A stretch of DNA of 64,000 nt, from the NCBI GenBank assembly GCA_004431415.1, contig QPMI01000227.1:92645-156644 (forward strand), written 5' to 3'. The translations under genes and the position numbers were made by a program. Source of the DNA: Cyanophora paradoxa CCMP329. Lineage: Eukaryota; Plantae; Glaucophyta. The notes below the pieces were generated by a model. The model had not been told where the DNA came from and searched no databases. It worked only from the letters and a program-made list of their open reading frames with translations. This document shows positions 33,806 through 44,231 of this stretch, one piece after another (positions within the stretch are counted from its first letter, which is position 1; every line of letters begins with the position of its first letter).

Positions 33806-35559
33806 CTAGCGCCCGATGGCGGGCGCCTCGAAAGGCGACGTCTCCGGCGGCACAGCAGCGTGTAGCTGCTGGACCGCGGCGACCCACCCTGCGACCCTAG
33901 GCCCCCGGGGTTCCCGCATGAGCACGTCCCTCATGTAGAGATACTCGATAACGGCCTCCAGCTCCTCCACCTCCTTTATGTACATGCGCTCCTCCTTCCG
34001 CCACACCTTCGCCTCACGCTCCAACTCCAAGTCCCAATTCCTCTTCATCCTTGAGACCTGCGCCGCGCCGCGTTACGCGCCAGCGGGCGCACGCACGCGT
34101 GTGGGCAATCGCGGACCTTGTTTTCCAAGTCATCCACCTTCGTCTGCAGCGCAGCGTTCTGGTTCTGCAGCTCCTCGCACTCCTCTTCGAGGTTTTTGAC
34201 CCGAGTCGCTCTCTGCGGGCGCCGGAGGGACCGCCGTCAGCAGCGCATTGCGGGCGCCGGCGGCGCGGGCGGCGCGGCGGCCGGCGGGCTCACCAGACTG
34301 GCGTTGAGCTGCATCATCTCCTTCTCCAGCTGAGCGATCTTCTCCTCCCGTTGAGCGATCTGCCGCTGCTTCTCCCTGTTGGCCCACCGCAGATCAGGGA
34401 GCTCCCGCTCCAGGGAGCTGCACTTCTGTTGGAGCTCCTCACGCTGCGCCGGTGCACGGAGGAACACGTCGACTTTCGCCTTCAGTTGATTGGCGAGCTC
34501 CGCGCCAGTTAGACCCTTGTCTAGGACATCCTGCGGCCCGAATCAGCGAGGCAAGCTGCGGGCGAAGCGCACGGCGGCGTGAAACGGCGCGCGCACACGC
34601 TGCTGAAGGTACTCGATCGCTTCAAGGAGCTTGGACGCCATGCGAACCGCATCGGAAACCCGCTTGCAGCCGGTGAGCCTCCGATAGAGTGCGGCGTCCT
34701 CCTCCTCGATGCGAAAGCGGTGCCGCCCGGCTTGTCCCAGGGGTGAATCGATCTTCCTCCTCGCCCGTCATCTCGACATCGCACTTGCGCCGCTTGCACT
34801 GCTGCTTGGTGGACGTGGCGGGCTTCTTCGGGGCTGGCTTCTTCGCGGCTGAGCTGGCAGGCGACGGCGCGACAGAGGGATCGTCCATATACCGCTCCAT
34901 GGCAACGAAGGGATCCTCATATTGCTCGCTCGGTGCCGCCGCGGGCGAAGGCTGGGAGGTCGCCGCCGCTGCCCGCTTGCGACTCACGCGCTTAGGCATG
35001 TCCACGGGGGTCGCTGGCGAGGCCGCTGCCGCCGGCGGCTGCGTGCGTGGAGGCGTGGCCGGCTGATCATGCGAAGGCTGCGATTGCGAGGGCGCAGCTA
35101 CTACCCGCTTGCGACGCGGGCGATCAGGCGTGTACACGGGGTCGCTGATGAGGCAGCTGCGACAGGCGGCGTACACGGCTGTACAGGCGTACCCCCCCCC
35201 AAAGGCGTCCCTGGCGTCTCACAGCAGCCGCTGCCGGGGCTCTGCTCGAGCTCTGAGCGTACTGGCGAGACTTGTGGGGAGTCGCTCCCGCCCGCCGGCT
35301 CCGCCGCGGGAGGCGCCAGCGCGACCGCGGCCGTCGCATGCGCAGCTGGCGCTGCATGCGCAGGCTGAACGACTTGCTCGCTCAAAGCTGCGTCGCCAAA
35401 GTCGTCTGGATTCACGTCCTCGCCGAGGTCGTCCTGGCTGCCGCAGGTGCTGCCGCCAATCTGGCCGTGCCGCGGCCTGCCATCGCTGGCGCCGCCCAGC
35501 CACGCTCTAATGGAACCGAACGCTGAGCCGACCTTGGCAGACAGCACAGAGAGCGGCAT
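33806..35559 (-). pseudogene. Coiled-coil protein with disordered N-terminus, frameshifted (element cargo)
   Basis: LQQKCSSLERELPDL...EKIAQLEKEMMQLN and MKRNWDLELEREAK...VEELEAVIE heptads. Confidence 0.45.
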
Positions 35560-36348
35560 CTCGATCGCCGAACGCTAAGCTATAAGCGCTTTTGCTTTTC
35601 CCGCGCAAGTCCGTGGCTGGCCGCAATCTAGCTGCAGCTGGCCGTGGCTTGGAAGGGGGGGAGATGGCTTGGGGGGGATATAGAATTTGGTCTAGCCAGC
35701 TCGAACTCGAACTCAGCCGGCTGATAGCCGCCGTGACACGGCCGTGTTCAAAATTCAAATTCCATCCATTGTTAAAGCTCGCGAACTAGCGGGATGTCCA
35801 AAAGGTCGCGCCGTTTTCGGCCCGTCGAGGTCCGTCCGGGGCCGTCTGCGACATGCGAAACAGCTCCTTACGGAACTTCGGAACTGATATCGATTAATAT
35901 TTCAGATATCGATGCACCTAGGCCGCGGCCGCCGCCGGCGCCTCGCTATCGTCGAGAACCTTGACCAACCTAGTCCTTGCCAAGTTGCTCACAGAGTCAC
36001 ACTGTGACAATCGTCAAGATCCTTGACACCCAGAGTTTCGGGCAAACTGCATTCAGCAACTTGCAGAACGTCGATGGACGGACATCACTAGCTAATATAG
36101 CCCATGCTGCCTCTTGACGCTAGCATGAACTTTGCCATGCTGCTGCTGCTGGACTTCGATTTGCGAGTCATTTAAACATATTCAACAATATTGTCTAGGG
36201 GTATGCCGCAGGGGATCACCGGCACACCCCGCTGAGATACAAAGGAAGATGAAGAAGAGACAGAGCGGAGTGCAGCGCAGGAGGGCACACACGCACGCCA
36301 TAAATTTCCCCTATTGCAAAAATTGGTCCCCTACATGGTAGACTGAAA

Positions 36349-36544
36349 AGAAGAAGAAGAGTATGTATAAGACACGCCCAAGCCAGCTGTACGGTTTTGA
36401 CGAAAGGCGAAGGACCTGAAGGCCCAAGGCACAATCGACAGTGAACCAGCCAGACAAGGGTAGTGGCGGCGCAGACATGCGCCTATACAGTTCACCATGT
36501 ATGCCCCGGCGGTCCGGCGCTCATACACGCAAACCAGGTAAGCA
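36349..36544 (-). mobile_element. Family D retroposon copy with 14 bp TSD
   Basis: TSD ATGGTAGACTGAAA at 36335-36348 and 36545-36558; further truncated + strand copies at 36563-36697 and 36735-36788. Confidence 0.9.
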
Positions 36545-36821
36545 ATGGTAGACTGAAAGGCGTTTGCGCGGCCACTACCCTTGTCTGGCTGGTTCACTGT
36601 CGATTGTGCCTTGGACCTTTGGGTCCTTCACCTTTCGTCAAAACCGTACAGCTGGCTTGGGCGCGTCTTACTAAGTTTTACATACTCTTCTTCTTCTCCT
36701 GTTGGTAGAGAGCAGTAGAGAGGGGGAGACGCTACAAAACCGTACAGCTTGCTTGCGGGGGTCTTATACATACTCTAGATCTTCTTCTACCTAACCCTCA
36801 CCCTCACTCTTTGCCCTTACC

Positions 36822-39800
36822 CTAGGCCTTACTCATTCCCCAATCCTTTTGCTGTAATTTGTTGATCGAGAGAAGGATTTGCTGTAATTTGGAGATGATG
36901 GACACAACTTCACAATAGGGAGGCTGCTGTGCTGCTGTCTGGAAAGAGAATAGGAAATTTGAATGAGGAGTGATGCTGGGATTACAGGAGTTGTACAGTC
37001 TTTTCGGAAGGTATGATGCTGTGATCACAGGAGCTTTTGCCATCCAGCATCGTGTTCTGAATTCTGTGTGGTCCAACCGCGGCCAGAATTCTCTCCTGTC
37101 TGTGGTGCAAGCACACGCCTGCGCAAGCTTTGCTCCGCACCTCTCACACGGTCACTGCGGGTCATTGTTCGATTCCGGCTTCGCATACTGGCCGATGCTT
37201 GCAGGCTGGGTCTGATGCGCATGCTCGTATTCTCTGTCGCAGCTGGCCTCATGCTGCCTTGAGAAGGTAACTGAACAGCCGAACTGTCATCTTCATCTTC
37301 CCCAGAAATGGGCCCGAAATGGACGCCACGGGCCCATTCTGCTGGTCGCAGGGAGACAGCTGGTACACGTTGGGCTGGCGTCTCTGCTTCTCCAACCGTT
37401 CCAGGGACAAGGTCCATTCGCAAGAACGCACTCATACCATCCGACTGAGGCTGCAAAGAGGGCGAGAAGAGGCTTGCAAGGAAATCCTCCTGTGTAGCAG
37501 GTACCTCTTGTTCCAAATCCTCAAGTGCGGCATCTCTGAACATGTGCGCGATGAAGGGGTCAGCAAATTGAGTGCTGGAAACAAAATATCGGCCACTTGC
37601 GTTTTCTTTGGAAGTATACCGTAATCGACACCCCGAATTGGATCGGTGAAAGCCCGTAAAGCAAGAAGTTTCAGAAGCAGACGACTTTTCCATGGCTTAT
37701 GCAAGAAAAGATCTGTTGTGCGCTGCTGGATACGCTTGCGGAACTGGGGAAGAATCCTCTGCAAAACCAGACTATTAGCCACACAACTGCGAAAAATTTA
37801 TTCACACATCAGCTGATACTAAATGAGAACCTGGAGAGGTGGGTAAGGCAACACAGTCTTCGAGAAATCCATGTGCTGTGCAAAGAGTCAAATCGTGCAA
37901 GTACGTGGAGGGCAAGAAGAGAACCTGGAGGAAAAGGAGATCCTCAAGTGCATCTTCAAGCGATCGCCGCAGGATGTGTAGGCGATCGCCAAAGATGGGA
38001 TGTTTCCTCAGTTCATCAGACCGCTCAATATATCTGAAGACCTTGTCAGGGCGCCAGAACTCTGGAATCTGTACGGGGGGTGTCAATGACCTCTATGTGT
38101 TAGCGTTTCGAAAATGCAAACCTGAAGGCGGAAGTTTGCGACCAGGTTACGAACATCCCGGCAAAGCTTGATGACTGGTTCAGACTCCGCCTCACATTCA
38201 AAAGCATCTGACCACTGCACAGGCCAACCGGGGCGATCATCGCCATCTAGACGCATCCAAGCAGGCATGCGGCTTTGAAAGCGCACAATAATCCCTGCGA
38301 GAAGTTTGAGACGCTGGCACCACTATCGATGCACAGAATATGGTCTAGGTTGCACCAATGGAGGGAATGTTCAATCGGTGAAACGGGATCAAGCGAATGA
38401 AGTAGAAAATGGACACGAGGATGCACACAGAAAGGCCAATGATATTAATGGCGCCCATCCACAAGATAATGTACTGCTCGCTGAAGAGGGCATTCGTAAC
38501 ACCACGGGCAAGCACGAAACCAGCAAATGCATTAATGATGTTCGCCCTGAGTTCTGTTCGTGAGAGTTGGCGGCGAATGATTTTATTGAAGATACCAATT
38601 GAGGGCAATGAGGAAGATGTTTGAGCTCATGCAGCGAAACGGGTAGGAGTGGTTAAGCAGCAACAGTCCAATAACCAGTAACAGAAAAACAGCAAGAGAC
38701 TGATATGATTCAGCGCTGAAACGATGAAGCAGTACAGAAATCGAACCTGTTCAATGACGTAGACATTGCTGCCTGTTGGTTGTATGTGCGATAACCAAGA
38801 GAACTTGCTGCTTTCCATATTTCCCAGGAAGAAGTAGAATATCACCGCAGAGAGCTTAATGCACATCATCCACACCTATTTCGTCTTAAGAGCTCTGCTG
38901 AAACCAAGGCACCATAGTGTACGCACATGAAACTGGGACATGTGCAACCTGAATGAGGAGAACATGTGGTAGTGGTAGGTGCCCCAATTGCCACTCAGAT
39001 GAAGCATATAAGTCATCTCGCGCCACTGAAGGTAGTCCTGGATGGCAACAATGAGGAGACTCAGTGTACAAAAGCGAATGTCTGGCTACCTCATGGTGAT
39101 CACTGTCGAGGTAGACAACATAGCGGCGCGTTCGCCAATAATGCCAGCAAGGAAAAGCAACATTCATGACAAACGCTGCAATTAAGCCGAGCACTTGCAT
39201 CGCTAGCTGAAAAGGGGCACTGCTTGCCCAGCACTGTGTTGCTGCTCATGCAATCAGCACTTCATCGTGTGGAAGAAAAGCAAATCTGCGAACTCGAATC
39301 CATGTTTGAAAAGACCGTCATCGGATAGTTGAACATCGTCATTTTGTTCCCGCAGAAAAAGAGGCGGAAGTAAGCCATCGCACAAGGCAGGAACAGCACC
39401 CGGGCTGAACGAGCTCTGTTACAACTTGGCCGCAGCAGAGCAGGGCCAGCGAGCACCTGCAACGATGCAACCACGCTGCACAGTGATACGCATCCTCACT
39501 TTCGTGTTGGGAAACATCCTCCTGACACCCCTGTAAATGCTGAAAAGCACAGCTGGGACTAGGAGCCATGCAATGGAGTACACCTCGTACGATATCTGCA
39601 TGGTTGCGGTCGCACAATGCGTTCATTGTGCTACAAAAGTTGTGAAATCTCACCAGGACTGGGTTCCCGAGTTCGTTCGACGACCCAGGCTCCCCCGAGG
39701 GCGACCGCATCCTCAGAAGGATTTTGTTGATTTGCTCGCTCATAAACAGAGCAGCATTGAGCGCTGGGATGTCGATGAGAAAGATAGGAGCGAAAGCCGT

Positions 39801-40537
39801 GTACCAGGAGAACCTGCAAGAGGACATGAGCACTTCTGTGGTTTATCGGGTGAGAGAAAACGATGCGTGGGCACCAGAAGGGCCAGTTCCACCGTTGACC
39901 AAACAGCCAGAGCAGCGAGAAAATTTGGAAGTAATCGACGACCAACAGAATCTTTTCCTCCCAGTACAGGGAAGGATCCCGGCGAAAAGGCCAACGCTTA
40001 TCAAGGGGGCCCGGGTCGTGGTACCACTTGTCGAGGAACCTTTTGACGAGTGCATATCTGGAAGGGCGTCAGGGCAGTTTCGCGGCGGTCGATTCGAACT
40101 CACTCTTCGGCAGAGTCGTCGAGCGACTCGTCCTCCTCCTCGTCCTCGAGCTGCATGCCAGCTACATTCTCGGCCTCGCGGTCGAAGTGCAGAGGCTCGC
40201 CGCCTCCGGCCGGTGCAGCGCCCTCAGCGCTCAAAGTCTCTCCGGCGCTGGTAGTCACTGCCGCAACCTCAACAATGAGATTCGACGCTGGCTCTGCGGG
40301 GCCGTCTCTGATATCTGCAGGTCCAGTTGCGGCACCGTCGCTGGCGACTACGCCGGCGCTCAGCGTATCTTCAACCTCGACCTCTCGCTGCGCTATTCGT
40401 GCATTTGCATCGCTGGCAGCTGCAGGAGGCAGCTTCACGCTCCTTGCGCTGCCGGAGTCGGCCGGAGGCAGCTCTGAGCTGTCATGCAAATCGAGGCTTC
40501 CCGGAAGGAACGCGCTGTCAAGTATACGCGATGACAT
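36822..40537 (-). CDS. Multi-pass membrane protein of unknown function, multi-exon
   Basis: Acidic N-terminus, then many hydrophobic exons (VVDYFQIFSLLWLF, IAWLLVPAVLFSIY, LWMGAINIIGLSVCILV); GT-AG intron pattern. Confidence 0.6.
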
Positions 40538-40925
40538 TGAACGAGGCGGCTCTAAACAATCTCCAGACGACTGCGTACGCAGCCGGGCAGCCAGGCGTAC
40601 GCAGCGCCCTCGGCCTGCTCACTACTAGGCAGTCAGCAGCCGCGGCATGCTATGCGGTGGGCAGGGCTCTAGCTCTCTAGCTCTGTAGTGTGTCGTAGCG
40701 CTATTAGAGTCACTAATAGAGTGGTTTGGAGGGGTACGGTCAACGGAGCGTAGAGCAGCGCGGCGAGCTAGCACCGCTGGCGCAGAGCACCGCTGGCACA
40801 GGCACCGCTGGCACAGAGCAGAGCACGCGGCGAGTCCGCCGCACCGGACGGGTCGACGACTGTGTAGAAGAGCGCGGGCGCGACGGCGACGCAGGCGACG
40901 GCGTAGCGCGGGCGGCCAATGTGCC

Positions 40926-42255
40926 ATGGAGCCGGTGCGAGCTAGCTAAAAGATATCGGAGCTCGCAGCTAGCCCATAACACAAAGCGCCCCCTGCTCGC
41001 GCTAACGCGCTCGCAGCGCTGCGCGACATCTAATATTGACAAGTTCTTGCGGCACACGTGCCCGCGCATCGAGGTGCACCTTCCGCGGACATCAGGTGCG
41101 CACTCTCTGGACCGCGGCGATTCTTTCCTGACGACGTGCCTGCGCAGCGGAGTTGAACGGCGGTTGCGCTTCGAGCTCTAGTTTAGACAGCAGCGCGGAG
41201 AGCAGCGCACGGCGCGGGCCATCCTCGGCGTTCTTCTTCTTGCGCGACCTGTGGCAGTTCTACAACCTCCCCTACGGGCTCGAGGTCCCCATTGTATCCG
41301 ACGGCACAGACACTTCCGTCTACTTTGTGCCCTACTTGTCGGCGATACAACTGTTCGTCAGCCGGCTCGCCGTTGGCGAGGGCCTGCAGAACGAATCAAG
41401 TACAGCGGCCCTCCCAGCAGATGGCGAAGCAGGGCAAGAAGCAGTGAGTGAAAACAGCGTTCCGGCCGCCAATCTTGCGGAAAAAGTGGAGAAAGCTTGC
41501 GAATTCTTCGAAACGGCGCCCCCGGACAGGAGGTTGCAGCTGCCAGATCAGATCAAACGGCTTGCAGAGATATGCCCCTTGGTTCTTTCGGGCCGGTCAT
41601 CGGAACTCCATCCCGATTCCTGGTTTTCAATTGCTTGGTATCCTGTTCTTGCCATCCCCCAGTCCTTGACAGCAGCACGGGGTTCTTTCTTGACCTACCA
41701 TCGATTCGTCTGTGGTGATACAGCAGATCCATCAGCAGCACCCTTCCAGCCCTTCGCGCAGCTAGCACCGCAGCTTCCATTGCATAGTTATGCGATGCCT
41801 CCTGCCCAGACCCTGGATCGAAGACCCTTTGCAACACCACTGGAATTGGGCTGCAGGCTACCCATCAGCACCCAGCATCTTTTGCATCCAAGCATGTATG
41901 CTGGCGATGGGATCCAACCTCAAGTGGAAGAGCATTGCGGTCTACCGAGGTCTTCGAATGAGGAGGAGTGTGCATCCTTGCTGAAATTCGTGCCTCTCTT
42001 CGAGGGCTATGTGCCATACAAGGTCCGCATGGATGTCTGGCTTGGACAAGGTGAAGACCTTGAGAGGAATGCCGTGCTTTCGTACGTCCGAGTCGAAAAC
42101 TTGCGAAAATTCTTGTCTAGGGTTGGGGCACACCACCCAGGTGCTTGCAGTCTCATTTGCCGAAATATGTTTGACGTTTCTGAAGCGATTTGGCAGATTT
42201 TATCCACTGTAGCGCCTTCATACACGACGCTTTTGGTTCGGGTAGCTTAAGGTAG
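40926..42255 (+). CDS. DUF789 family protein
   Basis: SNIDKFLRHTCP, LRDLWQFY..PYGLEVP, YFVPYLSAIQLF, LHPDSWFSIAWYP, FLTYH, HHPDF. Confidence 0.88.
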
Positions 42256-42846
42256 CTTTTGCGTGAACGGATATCGCAAAGCAACGTGTCACGTGTCACG
42301 TGCGGGGGAGGGGGGGGAGGAGGGGGGGGGGGGGGGAGGGGGGAATTGGGGGGTGTCGTGGGATCGTGGGGTTGTCAGCCTTCGGTCGTCCGGATCCGAG
42401 CACTAGCAGGAGGGTACGAGCAACGACCCAAGATTAGCTATTTAGCTATATGTATATAGCGAGGACGTCAACGTCGACGTCGACCCGGTGATCATGAGCA
42501 CCAGTCTACATGCATGTACCTCGACTCGAGCTGTATTGACTCGAGGCTTATGTGCCCCACTGCTGCTGCTGTGAACCCTGAAAACAAGTACCCCTCCTTG
42601 TACCTCTACGCGGATGATGGACTTCTCAGGCTAGTATCATGTGCGGAAAGTGTGGGATGCATACATGCACAGGGCTGGGCGCGGTCTGCTAGTCATCCCC
42701 CCTACGGGCCAGGAGGAGATGCCTGCTAGTGCAGAGCACGGTGGGTGTAGCGGGATAAGAAACCTGTGAGAGATAATAATATACAAGCTGTGTGCCACAA
42801 TCAATGTCGTTGGGCGCATCTGAAATGCAAATGCAGGCTGCTGCTA

Positions 42847-43734
42847 CTAAAGTGCCTTCTTCCCAGAGGACGCCAACTTCTGATTCTCCTCTTGCAACTT
42901 GATGTCCTCCCCCTCGTAGTCCTTGAGGGTGCCGCCGAGCTTGTCCCAGAAAGTAAAGAACTGCCCATAGTTGTAGCTGTTGACAGCATGGTGGACAGTG
43001 TGGTAGCGGGCGCCGAGAAGCCATCCATTGTTTGCTACATGAAGGCGGTCATGGATCGAGAAAGACCAGATGCTCATGAACTCCAGGAGGCCGAAGTACA
43101 CCCAAACGTTGACAGGGACAACGAACGACGCAAGGTGGAACGAGGCAGACTGGATGAAGCCATCGAGGGGGTGGAACGCCATGCTCGTGAACGGTGTGTT
43201 GATGGTGAACTGATGGTGATGCTTGTGGACGTACTTGTACAGGAACGGCGTGTGCAGGGCACGGTGAATCCAGTAAAGCGTCGTCTCGGCCCACAGAAGG
43301 AAGCCAATGAAGCTCAACGCGAGGTACGTGTAGCCGTACTCGTCTACGTTCAGATAGATCTTCCCGTAGCCGCGGATGTTAAGCCTAAAGATCATGGCCA
43401 CGACAATGGACTGGCCAATGCCGTTGAAGAGCGAGAGCGTCATCTCCTGCCGGATCAAGGGCCAGTCCGGCTTGTAGCCCGGGAAGTACTTCTCCCGCTT
43501 GTAGCAAAAGAAGTACAGGAACTCCAGCCCGCACACGAGGAAGTAGCTCGTCATCGTGATGAGCGGCGGGAAGACCCACGCCTGCATAAAGGAGATGTCA
43601 TCTAGGTTCTTGGGGATCTGCGCAGCGGCGGCGGCCGTTAGCTGGTGGAAAACTTGCGCTACAATGACGTGACGCGCCTTCAGCAAGGTCTGCGGGTTCG
43701 ACACCGTCGCAAGGATCTCCTTGAAGACCCCCAT
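42847..43734 (-). CDS. ERG3: Sterol C5-desaturase / lathosterol oxidase (intronless)
   Basis: His boxes HRALH, HKHHH and HTVHH; TPFTSMAFHPLDG; YNYGQFFTFWDK. Confidence 0.93.
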   Translation of the reverse strand: MGVFKEILATVSNPQTLLKARHVIVAQVFHQLTAAAAAQIPKNLDDISFMQAWVFPPLITMTSYFLVCGLEFLYFFCYKREKYFPGYKPDWPLIRQEMTLSLFNGIGQSIVVAMIFRLNIRGYGKIYLNVDEYGYTYLALSFIGFLLWAETTLYWIHRALHTPFLYKYVHKHHHQFTINTPFTSMAFHPLDGFIQSASFHLASFVVPVNVWVYFGLLEFMSIWSFSIHDRLHVANNGWLLGARYHTVHHAVNSYNYGQFFTFWDKLGGTLKDYEGEDIKLQEENQKLASSGKKAL

Positions 43735-44231
43735 GTTTCAGTGCGCGGGCCTGCGCGCTACGCGTCACGCGGCCAGCTGCGGTTTTGCGATCTTAGCCCG
43801 CAGCCGGAGCGCGCGGCGGAGCGCAGTGCCCGTGCCGCCGGCTGTGCGGACGCGGCGCGAGGCACGCGTCGCGCTCTCTGCCGCGGAAGAGCAGCGGCCA
43901 TCGCACCTTCTGCAGTAGCAGAGGAGGCGGCGAGGTTGCTGACGGCGGCGGCGGTCGGACGGCGCGAACTTGCTGAGCTCTTACCGTGACTCCCGAGGAG
44001 GGGGGTAGAGCCAACTGTGGCCTAATGCATCTTGTTCTTGCTCACCTAACCTACAATACACCGCTCCGGAGCGCGCCGCTGCCACCATTCACCTGACAGC
44101 CGAGCTTTTCCCGCGGACGCTGGCGCTAGCACTGTCGCCTTCCGAGGGGGGGGGGGGGGGGGGGGCCGAACGGGGGGGAAAGGCAGTCGGCTCTCAAGAA
44201 AGTTCAAGGGAGGCCCGTCAAACAGCCCAGC

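Larger units (their letters stand above)
25609..35872. mobile_element. ~10.3 kb multigene DNA transposon-like block
   Basis: Missing from the paralogous copy of its flanks (junction near 47596); GAAC direct repeat at 25605-25608 and 35873-35876; contains a DDE transposase; very GC-rich. Confidence 0.72.

Noticed and set aside
25711-36006. RSS-like heptamers CACAGTG (25711) and CACTGTG (36000) as transposon ends
   Set aside because: No nonamer, no extended TIR and no matching 5 bp TSD; the right one lies outside the empty-site junction.
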